Part shown: one piece after another, positions 1-7,904 of the stretch
Numbering within the stretch: the stretch's first letter is position 1
Layout: every line of letters starts with the position of its first letter
Virus record (IMG/VR): IMGVR_UViG_3300005836_000021
Span: 1 to 53,308 of that record
Direction: 5' to 3' (one strand)
DNA length: 53,308 bases
Source of the DNA: a virus
Position numbers and translations under genes: made by a program
The notes under the pieces: generated by a model
The model's input: only the letters and a program-made list of their open reading frames with translations
The model's database searches: none
What the model was told of the DNA's origin: nothing

Positions 1-120
1 GTGCCCGAAGGCCCAAGAGCCTCCTGCCGTACGGCGCAGGAGGCTCAAAAACCTGCGCGCGCGGGCACGGTATGACGCGCTGCGCAGCCTGGGCCTCAAG
101 CGCACGCCCTACGGGTGGGA
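1..120. repeat. Terminal overlap, left copy (identical to 53189-53308). The contig circularises.
   Basis: Read directly. Both copies run gtgcccgaaggcccaagagcc...cgccctacgggtggga. Confidence 0.95.
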
Positions 121-124
121 ATGA
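2..124 (+). CDS. 3' end (41 codons) of the junction-spanning zinc-ribbon ORF that starts at 53031
   Basis: The frame continues from 53031..53308 and ends ...tgg gaa tga with the stop at 122-124. It is a duplicate of the right-end sequence. Confidence 0.5.
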   Translation, partial: CPKAQEPPAVRRRRLKNLRARARYDALRSLGLKRTPYGWE

Positions 125-193
125 TGGACTTGCACCGTGGTGCGGACTGGAGTACACTTTAGGATGTGGGGCGGACGCCCCCGGGAGGGTGTG

Positions 194-430
194 ATGACCG
201 AGGAACAGAAGGCGAAGCGGAAGGCCAGCGCGGACAAGCGGGCCAAGGCGGCCAAGCGGCAGCGGGGCCTGTGGCGCGACCTGGCCAACACCGAGCGCGC
301 ACGGGTGCGGAAGTGGCGCAAGGCCCAGGCCAAGGACGGAAAGGCGCTGCCCAAGTGCTGGCACGTGCGGTGCAACGACCCCGAGGCCCCCGGACGCGCG
401 GGCGTGTGCCTCACGGCAGCGGCCAAGTAG
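194..430 (+). CDS. Small Lys/Arg-rich protein (78 aa), function unknown
   Basis: ATG at 194 follows GGGAGGG. Sequence begins MTEEQKAKRKASADKRAKAAKRQR. The track ORF 137..430 gives an alternative upstream start. Confidence 0.5.
   Translation: MTEEQKAKRKASADKRAKAAKRQRGLWRDLANTERARVRKWRKAQAKDGKALPKCWHVRCNDPEAPGRAGVCLTAAAK
359..375 (+). promoter_or_regulatory. Weaker sigma54-like -24/-12 match (TGGCACGTGCGGTGCAA)
   Basis: The GG and GC dinucleotides have the canonical spacing, but the site lacks the TGCATA(T)GG extension and the +14 start codon seen at the other copies. The next start is at 431. Confidence 0.25.
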
Positions 431-601
431 ATGCGCTGCCCCAACTGCGGGTATCGGTCTCGCGTGGGGATCACGTCTCAGTGGAAGGACAACACCCATT
501 GCGGGTGGTGCGGGTGGCAGGCGCCCAAGGAGAACCCACGCCCGGGCCTGCACCCCAAGGTGCGCAGCGAGCGCTTCGGGGGCCTGCGCCCCGATGCCTG
601 A
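431..601 (+). CDS. Small zinc-ribbon protein (56 aa)
   Basis: MRCPNCGYRS...HCGWCGWQ carries two CxxC pairs. It starts right after the stop at 430, and its end overlaps the next start (ATGCCTGA). It is below the track size cut-off. Confidence 0.5.
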   Translation: MRCPNCGYRSRVGITSQWKDNTHCGWCGWQAPKENPRPGLHPKVRSERFGGLRPDA

Positions 602-1142
602 GACGGGCAAAAGCGCCAAGGCCGTGCAGTGGTTGGCCTGGCTGCGCAGCGGCCTGGGCGGCAGGTGTTGCCGCCTGGGCTGCACCCGTTCCGACCATCT
701 CGAGTTCGCGCACACCGGGCCAACCGCCGTGAAGAGCGGTCGGGGCCGTGGGGCCAAGGAGCGCGAGCGGGACATCCGACAGTACCCCGACCGGTACGCC
801 CTGCTGTGCCGTACGTGCCACAGGGCACTGGACCAGGGGTGGCCCCAGGCCCGCGGGTGGGACGTGGTCAGCGTGGCCGACCAGGCCGCCGTGCGCTGCC
901 TGCCCCTGGCCTGGGGTGGGCGCAAGGACGGCCACGGGGCAAGGGGCAGGGTCGCAGCAAAAATCGGCGCATGGCAAACCCCTACGACACAGGGGGTTGC
1001 CAAAGATTGGCACAGCCTGCCGCAAAGTTGCAACGTCGGGGAGGAGCAGCCAACGGCCTCAATCCCCGTAACCCCTTGGTTCGATGAGGAGGGGGCCTGG
1101 CCGGAACAACTGGCACGCACCATGCATATGGTACCGGCATGA
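594..1142 (+). CDS. HNH-family endonuclease
   Basis: CCRLGC...DHLEFAH...LLCRTCHRALD resembles the Cys-rich HNH beta-beta-alpha-metal signature. Confidence 0.6.
   Translation: MPETGKSAKAVQWLAWLRSGLGGRCCRLGCTRSDHLEFAHTGPTAVKSGRGRGAKERERDIRQYPDRYALLCRTCHRALDQGWPQARGWDVVSVADQAAVRCLPLAWGGRKDGHGARGRVAAKIGAWQTPTTQGVAKDWHSLPQSCNVGEEQPTASIPVTPWFDEEGAWPEQLARTMHMVPA
1111..1131 (+). promoter_or_regulatory. Sigma54-type -24/-12 promoter motif, copy 1
   Basis: TGGCACGCACCATGCATATGG. The GG and GC have the consensus spacing, and ATG 1139 lies exactly 14 nt after the C of the GC. Confidence 0.55.
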
Positions 1143-1381
1143 AGACCCCAACCAACCACGAGCCGGTACTGGAGATGGTGACGGCCGAGCTGATGCGCAC
1201 GGCATGCCCGAACTGCACCTGGGCCAGCAGCATCACCACCGACATTAACCGGGCCCTGCTCGAGGGCAATGCGCACCACACAGTGACCTGGGCCTACCGC
1301 GCCTCGGTTGCCCACTACAAAGACCGCCTTCGCACCGCCGGACGTGGCAGCGCCAACCGCGCGGGAGATTGGAACAAGTGA
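1139..1381 (+). CDS. Hypothetical protein (80 aa)
   Basis: ATGA overlap with the upstream stop. The composition looks coding. Confidence 0.5.
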   Translation: MKTPTNHEPVLEMVTAELMRTACPNCTWASSITTDINRALLEGNAHHTVTWAYRASVAHYKDRLRTAGRGSANRAGDWNK

Positions 1382-1557
1382 TGTACTACATACTCCCGGT
1401 AACGGGGCAGCACTGCACCTGCGGCCAGCCCGCAGCGGCCCGCCTGGTGGACCTGCGCACCAGCGAGCAGGACCTCTTCGAGTGCAGGCCCTGCCTGGCC
1501 AAGCGCCCAGCCACCCAGTTGGTGCTGGCGTACACCTGGCAAAAGGAGGCCGCGTGA
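1381..1557 (+). CDS. Hypothetical small Cys-containing protein (58 aa)
   Basis: TGATG junction with the upstream stop. Sequence MYYILPVTGQHCTCGQ...CRPC. Confidence 0.45.
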   Translation: MYYILPVTGQHCTCGQPAAARLVDLRTSEQDLFECRPCLAKRPATQLVLAYTWQKEAA

Positions 1558-1859
1558 GCATCATCGGCAAGCTGAAGCACAAAGTGGAAATGGCCCTGCT
1601 CGAGGACCAGGCCTCCGAGGAGCGACTGTGCCGCGCCACGCGGCTGCGTGCCCTGGTGGCCGACGCCATGTGCACTTCTTCGGTGGAGTGGTACCTGGGC
1701 AGCGAGCGCGCCACTGTGTCCGACGTGGCCAACGCTTTCCGCGCGGAGCGCGAGTGGCCCTTCACCCGGTGCAGCTTGCGCGTGGTGACCGAGGGCGGTG
1801 GTATGGCCTCGGTGCACACCACCCTGGGCGAGCTGGTGAAGGAACTGGAACGAGCATGA
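1554..1859 (+). CDS. Hypothetical protein (101 aa)
   Basis: GTG start in a GTGA overlap with the upstream stop. It is in frame with track ORF 1308..1859. Confidence 0.5.
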   Translation: MSIIGKLKHKVEMALLEDQASEERLCRATRLRALVADAMCTSSVEWYLGSERATVSDVANAFRAEREWPFTRCSLRVVTEGGGMASVHTTLGELVKELERA

Positions 1860-1890
1860 GCACCCCGCGAGGACCCGTAACAAAGGAGGC

Positions 1891-2244
1891 GTGATGAGAA
1901 AGAGAATCCGTAACAGGGCGAGCATCTTTTTGGGGCCCAGACCCACCCCGGTGGCGGGGGCCACGTGGTTGCTCATCCGAAGCTGCGGCAACTGCAAGCA
2001 GAACCAACAGCGTGGTGCAGCGGTCACTGTTGTGGCCGTGGGGCCTTTGGGGCCTGGGGAACTGTTTGTGCACTACCACTACAGCGACGGCGCCCCGCAC
2101 GTGGTGACACTTTCGGCCTTCTTGAACCGCTTCTGCCTGAAAGGAGAACTGCGGAGGCCGACGCGAGCGGAACTCGAAGCTCACTGGGTGGCGACCCACC
2201 AGCAACAGGCCCAGCCTCTCCTGGCGGTGAACATATTCTCATAA
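1891..2244 (+). CDS. Hypothetical protein (117 aa)
   Basis: AAAGGAGG lies 3-10 nt upstream of the ATG. Confidence 0.55.
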   Translation: MMRKRIRNRASIFLGPRPTPVAGATWLLIRSCGNCKQNQQRGAAVTVVAVGPLGPGELFVHYHYSDGAPHVVTLSAFLNRFCLKGELRRPTRAELEAHWVATHQQQAQPLLAVNIFS

Positions 2245-2250
2245 GCACCC

Positions 2251-2270
2251 AGGCACGCGCTGTGCATAGG
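2251..2270 (+). promoter_or_regulatory. Sigma54-type -24/-12 promoter motif, copy 2
   Basis: AGGCACGCGCTGTGCATAGG. ATG 2279 is 14 nt after the C of the GC. Confidence 0.5.
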
Positions 2271-2278
2271 TAAAGGCC

Positions 2279-2461
2279 ATGGATACCCCAACGACCTGGA
2301 CCGGCACGATGCACAGCGTGTGCTGCGTGTGCGGTGTGGAGTACGGCACCAAGCCATGCGAGCCCGAACAGGACGGCGCCCTCAGCCACGGCATATGCCC
2401 CAGCCCCCAGTGCCTGGAGGACTTCAAGCATGGGCGCAAGCATACAAAGGAGGCCCAGTGA
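2279..2461 (+). CDS. Small Cys-rich protein (60 aa)
   Basis: MDTPTTWTGTMHSVCCVCGVEYGTKPC...HGICPSPQC. It is the first gene behind motif copy 2. Confidence 0.5.
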   Translation: MDTPTTWTGTMHSVCCVCGVEYGTKPCEPEQDGALSHGICPSPQCLEDFKHGRKHTKEAQ

Positions 2462-3219
2462 ACGACCTGACCCCCGTAGAGCGGCACGGCGACATCTGGC
2501 TGAAGCGCGACGACCTTTTCGAGGTGTCGGGCGTGCGCGGAGGCAAGGTGCGTACCTGTTACGCCTTGGCCCAGGGAGCCAAGGGCCTGGCCACCAGCAG
2601 CCACAGGGCCTCTCCGATGGCTGCATACGTGGCCAACATCGCCCGCGGCCTGGGCATCCCGTGCCGGGTGCACATACCGCAAGGGCCCACGACCCCAGAG
2701 ATGGAGGCGGCCAAAGCCGCGGGTGCCGAAATGGTGCCGTGGCGCGCGGGGTACACCAGCGTCCTGAGCGCTCGAGCACGCGAGGACGCCCTGGCCCGGG
2801 GCTGGACCGAGATACCCTTCGGCATGCAAAGCACCACCGCGGTGGAACAGACCGCTGGCCAGGTGGCCAACCTGCCCGAGGAAGCCACCCGGCTGGTGGT
2901 GTCCGTGGGCAGCGGCCTGTCGATCTCGGGCATATTGCACGGCCTGGACCGCGTGGGCCGTAGCACGTTGCCGGTGCTGGGCGTGGTGGTGCGTGCCTCG
3001 CCCCTCAAGCGCCTGGCCCAGTTTGCGCCCAAGGGCTGGGAGCAGCGGGCCACCCTGGTGCAAAGCGTGCACCCCTACGAGCGGCACGTTGACGCCATGA
3101 TCGACGACGTAGTGCTGGACCCGGTGTACGAAGGCAAGTGCAAGGAATACCTGCTGCCGGGCGACGTGTTTTGGATGATCGGCCTGAGCCGCAGCGTGCT
3201 GGACCGACTGGAGGCTTGA
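2458..3219 (+). CDS. PLP-dependent fold-type II enzyme, ACC deaminase / D-cysteine desulfhydrase-like
   Basis: GTG start in a GTGA overlap. IWLKRDDLFEVSGVRGGKVR resembles the family's KRDDL...GGNKxR PLP-lysine region. A Gly-rich VSVGSGLS loop is also present. Confidence 0.65.
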   Translation: MNDLTPVERHGDIWLKRDDLFEVSGVRGGKVRTCYALAQGAKGLATSSHRASPMAAYVANIARGLGIPCRVHIPQGPTTPEMEAAKAAGAEMVPWRAGYTSVLSARAREDALARGWTEIPFGMQSTTAVEQTAGQVANLPEEATRLVVSVGSGLSISGILHGLDRVGRSTLPVLGVVVRASPLKRLAQFAPKGWEQRATLVQSVHPYERHVDAMIDDVVLDPVYEGKCKEYLLPGDVFWMIGLSRSVLDRLEA

Positions 3220-4862
3220 TGCGAATCCTGTTTGTGATACCGCCGTACCGCACCACCGACGCCCTGGTGGCGCAGTTGTACCCCATGCCACTGGCTGCCA
3301 CCCAGTTGGCTGCGGTGGTGCGGCAGCAGCGGCCCGACTGGGGAATCGAGATCAAGGACTTCCTCCTGCCGGCGGGCAAGAGCACCACGCCAGCCCCGCC
3401 CACGTTTGCGGGCAAGGGGGCGCCTCCGTACATCCATTACGGGATGCCCATGCCCCAGGTGCAGGAGTGGCTGCGCACCAACCTGCCCCGCTTCGACGTG
3501 GTGGGCCTGTGCGCAGGGCAGTGCAACCTGTGGGAAACCTCAGAACTGATCGCTGCTGAGGTACGCGCAGCGGGAAAGCCCCTGGTGGTGGGAGGCCCGT
3601 TTGCCAGCACGGCACCGGAGGAGGCCCGCAGGCGCTTCCAGCCCAACATCATCGTCAAGGGCGAGGGCGAGGGCGTGGTGGTGGCTGCCTTTGAGGCGGC
3701 CCTGGCTGGCAAGAGCCTGGACATGGTGGGCGTTGCGGTACAGGACTTGAACACCCTGCCGCTGCCCGCCTGGGACCTGGCCCCGCCCACCGAGTACCCC
3801 GCCTTCAACGGGCGCAAGCGGGGGGTGCTGTGCATCTCCAGGGGCTGCCCGTGGAACTGCACCTTCTGCGCAGTGTGGACCATGATGTCGCGCAAGCACA
3901 GGCGCCTGCACGCCGAACGGGCCAAGGCCGAGATACTGCACCTGTTCAAGCTGGGGGTGCGGTACTTCTCCTTCCTGGACGACAACCTGTTCATATCACG
4001 GGCAGCCACGGCGGAGCTGCTGGCCATACTGGATGACCTGCGGGCCACCGTACCGGGCTTCAAGAAGTGCCGGTTCTACATGGAGGAGGGCCTGGAGGTG
4101 CGCATGGCGGCCGAGCCCGGCATCGTGCGTGACATCGTGGCGGCAGGCTTCGACAACGTGGCCATCGGCATGGAGACCGTGAACGCTGCCCAGGCACGGG
4201 ACTCCAAGAAGCCATACACCCCGGAGCAAATGGCCAGGGCGCTGGTGGAGTGCGACGCGGCTGGGGTGGTGGTGAAGGCGTTTTACATTGTAGGCTTTCC
4301 GCGGGACACGGTGGCCTCGGTGTGCCGGGACCTGGTGCACTTTGGGAAGCTGGGGCTGGCAGCCAGGCCGAACAACCTGAAGCTTTACCCCGGAACCGAT
4401 GTGGCCACCGACTACCAGAAAGCGGGGTGGATCGGAGCCGACTACGACTGGCGCCTTTCAACCTTCTGGACGCCCACCACCCCCGGGCTGCGCTACGAGC
4501 AGATCAAGAAGCTGAAGACGGTGCTGGGCGGCATAGGCTTTGCCGCGGACACCTTCGGAATCCGGGTGTTTGGCGACACGGGTGCCCAGGCCCTGGCCAA
4601 GCTACGGGCGCACAAGTACCAGGCCGAGGTAACGGTGGGTGCCGACGGTGTGTGGGACGCCTTGACCATTACGGGCAACATGTTCCGCCCCACCCCATAC
4701 CGCCACATGGCGGAGGCACTGGTGCTGGCCAGCGGGGCCAACGGTTGCGAGTCTACGGTGTACGGGCAAGGCGTGGGCACCGTGAGAGTGGTGCGAACGC
4801 TGATGCCGAAAAACGAGGTGCAGGCTGGCATCGTTGCGGCCTTGCAGGAGGTGAAGCCATGA
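3219..4862 (+). CDS. Class B (cobalamin-binding-domain) radical SAM enzyme
   Basis: The N-terminal MRILFVIPPY...PLVVGGPF region looks like a B12-binding Rossmann domain. SRGCPWNCTFC supplies the CxxxCxxC cluster. TGATG junction with the PLP gene. Confidence 0.75.
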   Translation: MRILFVIPPYRTTDALVAQLYPMPLAATQLAAVVRQQRPDWGIEIKDFLLPAGKSTTPAPPTFAGKGAPPYIHYGMPMPQVQEWLRTNLPRFDVVGLCAGQCNLWETSELIAAEVRAAGKPLVVGGPFASTAPEEARRRFQPNIIVKGEGEGVVVAAFEAALAGKSLDMVGVAVQDLNTLPLPAWDLAPPTEYPAFNGRKRGVLCISRGCPWNCTFCAVWTMMSRKHRRLHAERAKAEILHLFKLGVRYFSFLDDNLFISRAATAELLAILDDLRATVPGFKKCRFYMEEGLEVRMAAEPGIVRDIVAAGFDNVAIGMETVNAAQARDSKKPYTPEQMARALVECDAAGVVVKAFYIVGFPRDTVASVCRDLVHFGKLGLAARPNNLKLYPGTDVATDYQKAGWIGADYDWRLSTFWTPTTPGLRYEQIKKLKTVLGGIGFAADTFGIRVFGDTGAQALAKLRAHKYQAEVTVGADGVWDALTITGNMFRPTPYRHMAEALVLASGANGCESTVYGQGVGTVRVVRTLMPKNEVQAGIVAALQEVKP

Positions 4863-5032
4863 AGCCTGAGCTGCCGTTGGAGGTGTTGCTGTTGGCCGGC
4901 GGGTGCGCGGCTGGCGCCGTTGCGGGTGTGGTGGTGATGCTGTGGCCCCAGGTGGCCCTGTTGGCTTTGGGCATCTTCGGTGTGGTGCGCTTGGCCGAGT
5001 GGCTGCAAGACCACAGCGTGGAGCCGTGGTGA
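4859..5032 (+). CDS. Small membrane protein (57 aa)
   Basis: ATGA overlap. The hydrophobic stretch LLLAGGCAAGAVAGVVVMLWPQVALLALGIFGVV suggests membrane insertion. Confidence 0.45.
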   Translation: MKPELPLEVLLLAGGCAAGAVAGVVVMLWPQVALLALGIFGVVRLAEWLQDHSVEPW

Positions 5033-5229
5033 GAGTCAGGCATGGGTGGCTGTTCGTTGGCCACTTGGGGTGGCTATTTCTGACCGCCAGACTGGTGTGG
5101 AGGCTGGACACAGGACATCCACCTGTGGGCTTTGGTGTGCGGGTCTTTCTGTGGGAAGGCGACACCGCTGTGGTGGACCTGCTGCTGGGCCCGCTGGACG
5201 TGCAGTTTGGCTTGCGGCGGCTGGAATGA
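5029..5229 (+). CDS. Hypothetical small protein (66 aa)
   Basis: GTGA overlap upstream and ATGA overlap downstream. There is no other support. Confidence 0.35.
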   Translation: MRVRHGWLFVGHLGWLFLTARLVWRLDTGHPPVGFGVRVFLWEGDTAVVDLLLGPLDVQFGLRRLE

Positions 5230-5669
5230 AGCCTCGCACCAGTGCCTTCGCGAAACGCCTGGTGGCAGCCCTGTGGGCACCGCGCACCCTGGAAGATGCC
5301 TGGGCCACGTGCCAGCGCATGCTGGACGAGCAGCAAAAAGTGGCGCGACGTAAGGGCAAACGGGTCAAGCGTTTGCCAAAACGTGGCGCAGCGGAGCGCG
5401 ATCCTGCAACATCCGAGGGGCGTGCAGGGGATGAGGCCGAGATCGTGCGGCGTCGTGAGCTATACCGGATTGTCGAGGAGGCATCGGTCGCTCGCAAGGA
5501 GCGCGCCGAGACTGCCGAGCGGGAGCTGGCCTCCCTCCGCGACAAGGTCGGCAGCGTACAGCGGCCCATTGCTGCACTTAAGGCAGGAGCAACCCAACCA
5601 ACCACACAGTGCGGGGAGGCATCTGAAATAGGCCACATGGCACGCGGCCTGCATATGGGTGAGGCATGA
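5226..5669 (+). CDS. Hypothetical charged, coiled-coil-like protein (147 aa)
   Basis: ATGA overlap. It is in frame with track ORF 4980..5669. Confidence 0.45.
   Translation: MKPRTSAFAKRLVAALWAPRTLEDAWATCQRMLDEQQKVARRKGKRVKRLPKRGAAERDPATSEGRAGDEAEIVRRRELYRIVEEASVARKERAETAERELASLRDKVGSVQRPIAALKAGATQPTTQCGEASEIGHMARGLHMGEA
5638..5658 (+). promoter_or_regulatory. Sigma54-type -24/-12 promoter motif, copy 3 (best match)
   Basis: TGGCACGCGGCCTGCATATGG. ATG 5666 is 14 nt after the C of the GC. Confidence 0.6.
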
Positions 5670-5911
5670 AGACCAAGGCACTTTACCCGCTCCCTACCTA
5701 CGCAGACGCCCACGCCCAAATGGTGAAGGGGCTTGCCCCCGCGGAGCGTGCAAAGTACAACACCGACTCCAAGGTGTACGAGGTGAAGAGCTGCCCCAAA
5801 TGCCCCACGTGCGGCAACAGCCCCACCCCGGACGGGCGCCGGTACTGGGTGCAGGTGCTGAACCGCTGGGCGTACTGCCCGCACCCCTGCCATCAGGTGC
5901 TGGCCAAGTGA
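5666..5911 (+). CDS. Small Cys/His-rich (zinc-binding?) protein (81 aa)
   Basis: CPKCPTCG...CPHPCH. Confidence 0.5.
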   Translation: MKTKALYPLPTYADAHAQMVKGLAPAERAKYNTDSKVYEVKSCPKCPTCGNSPTPDGRRYWVQVLNRWAYCPHPCHQVLAK

Positions 5912-6504
5912 CCCGCGAGGAATGGTTGGCCAAAGCCGCGGGGCCCTTGAGCGCGCTGCTGGTGCAGCGTGCTCACGTGACAGCGCCCCAGTGCTACCTG
6001 AGCGTGGGGTGGCCCAAGAGCAAGCCCGGCAAGGGCCGCAAGGTGCTGGGCGAGTGCTGGAACGGGGCCCGCAGCGAGGACGGTGCCCCGCACATATTCC
6101 TGACCCCGGAAATGAAGGAGGTGGTTCAGGTGCTGGCCACCCTCCTGCACGAGCTGGTGCACGCTGCCGTGGAGCCCAACCTGGGAGAGGGCAAGCGGCC
6201 CGTGGGGCATAAGGGGGCCTTTGTGAAGGCCGCCAAGGCCGCGGGGCTGCTCAAACCGTGGACGGCCACCACCCCGGACGACGGCCTGGTGAACGACCTC
6301 CAGGCCATCGCTGAGGCCCTGGGCCCGTACCCGCATGCGGTGCTGACCCAGGCCCCGCGGGGCACCAAGAAGACCGGCAGGCTGCGGCTGTACAAGTGCC
6401 AGTGCGAACCCCCCGTAAAAGTGCGGGTGGCGCGCGACGCAGACCGCTTCCACGCTACCTGTGACGATTGCTGCGCTACCTTCAGGCGCAAGGAGGAAGA
6501 ATGA
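5908..6504 (+). CDS. SprT-like zinc-metallopeptidase-domain protein with a C-terminal zinc ribbon
   Basis: HELVHAA is an HExxH motif, and YKCQC...CDDCC forms the ribbon. GTG start in a GTGA overlap. Confidence 0.55.
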   Translation: MTREEWLAKAAGPLSALLVQRAHVTAPQCYLSVGWPKSKPGKGRKVLGECWNGARSEDGAPHIFLTPEMKEVVQVLATLLHELVHAAVEPNLGEGKRPVGHKGAFVKAAKAAGLLKPWTATTPDDGLVNDLQAIAEALGPYPHAVLTQAPRGTKKTGRLRLYKCQCEPPVKVRVARDADRFHATCDDCCATFRRKEEE

Positions 6505-6698
6505 CGATCCTGGCTGTGGTGCTGTATACCGTGGGCATACTGCTGGCCGCTTTGGCCCTGGAACTGCTGGGCAAGGTGGCCCCGCCGCTGCTGCCCCTTC
6601 GGGTGCGGTTGGTGGTGATGGCCCTGTGGCCCGTGGTGGTGTTGGTGCTGTGGTGGCTGGCGGGCAGCGAGTACCTCGTGGAACTCGAACGCAGATGA
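6501..6698 (+). CDS. Small two-TM membrane protein (65 aa)
   Basis: MTILAVVLYTVGILLAALALELL...LVVMALWPVVVLVLWWLAG. ATGA overlap. Confidence 0.5.
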   Translation: MTILAVVLYTVGILLAALALELLGKVAPPLLPLRVRLVVMALWPVVVLVLWWLAGSEYLVELERR

Positions 6699-7108
6699 CC
6701 ACCCTCCTGCTGGCCCTGCTGTTGGCCACCCCAAAGCCCGCCTGCACCGCGTGGCGCGCTACCGAGGCCCGCCACGACAACGCCCGCCCGGTGGTGCTGG
6801 GGGCACGGTGCACTGAGCCACCTCCCAAGGGGCTGGAATGCCCAGCCATCATCTGGGAGGTGTGGGCAGGCCGCCCGGGCGACACGGCTGAGCCGGCCAG
6901 CAGGGCCACGTGGGAGCCCGACTGCGACGATAACGTGGGGTGGGAGGCACCGGCAGCGCGCCGGTACCTGCTGCCCGAGGGCATGCAGTGGACCGGGAGG
7001 GTGTGGTTTTGCGGGGGCGGGCTGCAAGGCGCCGAGCGCGGCCCCGCGGGGGCCAGTTGCAAACCTGGCCCCAGGGTGTACAATGACGTTATTTTGCTGG
7101 TGAGGTGA
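6695..7108 (+). CDS. Putative exported Cys-containing protein (137 aa)
   Basis: The N-terminus MTTLLLALLLATPKPAC looks like a signal peptide. ATGA overlap. Confidence 0.45.
   Translation: MTTLLLALLLATPKPACTAWRATEARHDNARPVVLGARCTEPPPKGLECPAIIWEVWAGRPGDTAEPASRATWEPDCDDNVGWEAPAARRYLLPEGMQWTGRVWFCGGGLQGAERGPAGASCKPGPRVYNDVILLVR
7057..7084 (+). promoter_or_regulatory. Sigma70-like promoter TTGCAA-N16-TACAAT
   Basis: Both hexamers were read directly, and such AT-rich hexamers are rare in this GC-rich DNA. It sits 28 nt upstream of ATG 7112, which is preceded by GGTGAGG. Confidence 0.35.
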
Positions 7109-7111
7109 CCG

Positions 7112-7438
7112 ATGAGCATCGATGACACCGCCCGTACGATGGAACGCACCAACGAACACTTCGGGCAGCACCTCGACGACCTGGCCCGCACCGGCGCGCT
7201 GGTGCAGGTGGTGCCCGCGCACAGGCCCGGGGTGGAACAGGTGGACCCATTGGCGCAGGTGCTGGACCCCTGGAACCACCCTTGGGAGGCCGCCCGGCAG
7301 GCCGCCGCGGTGGACTGGGATCGGTACTGGGCGTGGCTGGCCAGCGGACAACAGGGCCTTGGCCCCGACTTCTTCGACACCGACCCCCGCACACCGGCAC
7401 AGCGTTTGCAACAGTACGCACTGGAGGTGAGGCCGTGA
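7112..7438 (+). CDS. Hypothetical protein (108 aa)
   Basis: Track ORF with an SD-like GGTGAGG upstream. Confidence 0.5.
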   Translation: MSIDDTARTMERTNEHFGQHLDDLARTGALVQVVPAHRPGVEQVDPLAQVLDPWNHPWEAARQAAAVDWDRYWAWLASGQQGLGPDFFDTDPRTPAQRLQQYALEVRP

Positions 7439-7590
7439 CACAGACAGGCAAGAAGATGCGCCGGCAATTTGGCACCAGGGCAGCGGCAAAGCGTGCGAAG
7501 GCGCGCAAGGCGAGCCGCAAACGCTTCGGCGAGCTGCCCGTGTCGGAGAAGAAGGGCAACGCGGCCCCGTGGCGAAGTGGGGCGCTGTGA
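7435..7590 (+). CDS. Small basic protein (51 aa)
   Basis: GTG start in a GTGA overlap. KKMRRQFGTRAAAKRAKARKASRKRF. Confidence 0.35.
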   Translation: MTQTGKKMRRQFGTRAAAKRAKARKASRKRFGELPVSEKKGNAAPWRSGAL

Positions 7591-7904
7591 AGCCCCCCGT
7601 GAAGAAGATCGACGTGCTCCGCAGGTACATGGTGGAGGGAGAGTACCGGGCCGCCCTGCGCATGGCGGCCAACTTCCCGCGGCTGCCGGCCAAGGAGCGC
7701 AACACCATCCGCACGGCCTGGGCCGCGTGCAGTAACCCCAACCTGTACGACCAGATGGGCAAGGACCCCGCCACGCTGGTGCAGGCGGGGGTGCAGGCCC
7801 TGCGCAGGGTGTACGAGACGCAGGCCATGGCGTACGCCCGCGGGCTGCGTGACGGTGCGGCCCTGGACGCGCTGCTGCACCCGCTGCGGAACCTACACGC
7901 ATGA
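7587..7904 (+). CDS. Hypothetical protein (about 105 aa; alternative GTG start at 7569)
   Basis: GTGA overlap at 7587. The track ORF is 7569..7904. Confidence 0.5.
   Translation: MKPPVKKIDVLRRYMVEGEYRAALRMAANFPRLPAKERNTIRTAWAACSNPNLYDQMGKDPATLVQAGVQALRRVYETQAMAYARGLRDGAALDALLHPLRNLHA

Noticed and set aside
166-1087. Overlapping alternative-frame ORFs (166..732, 629..1087, 748..1071 and minus-strand partners)
   Set aside because: They have Gly/Arg/Pro/Ala-rich low-complexity translations. The chosen frames give zinc-ribbon and HNH motifs and overlap-coupled junctions.
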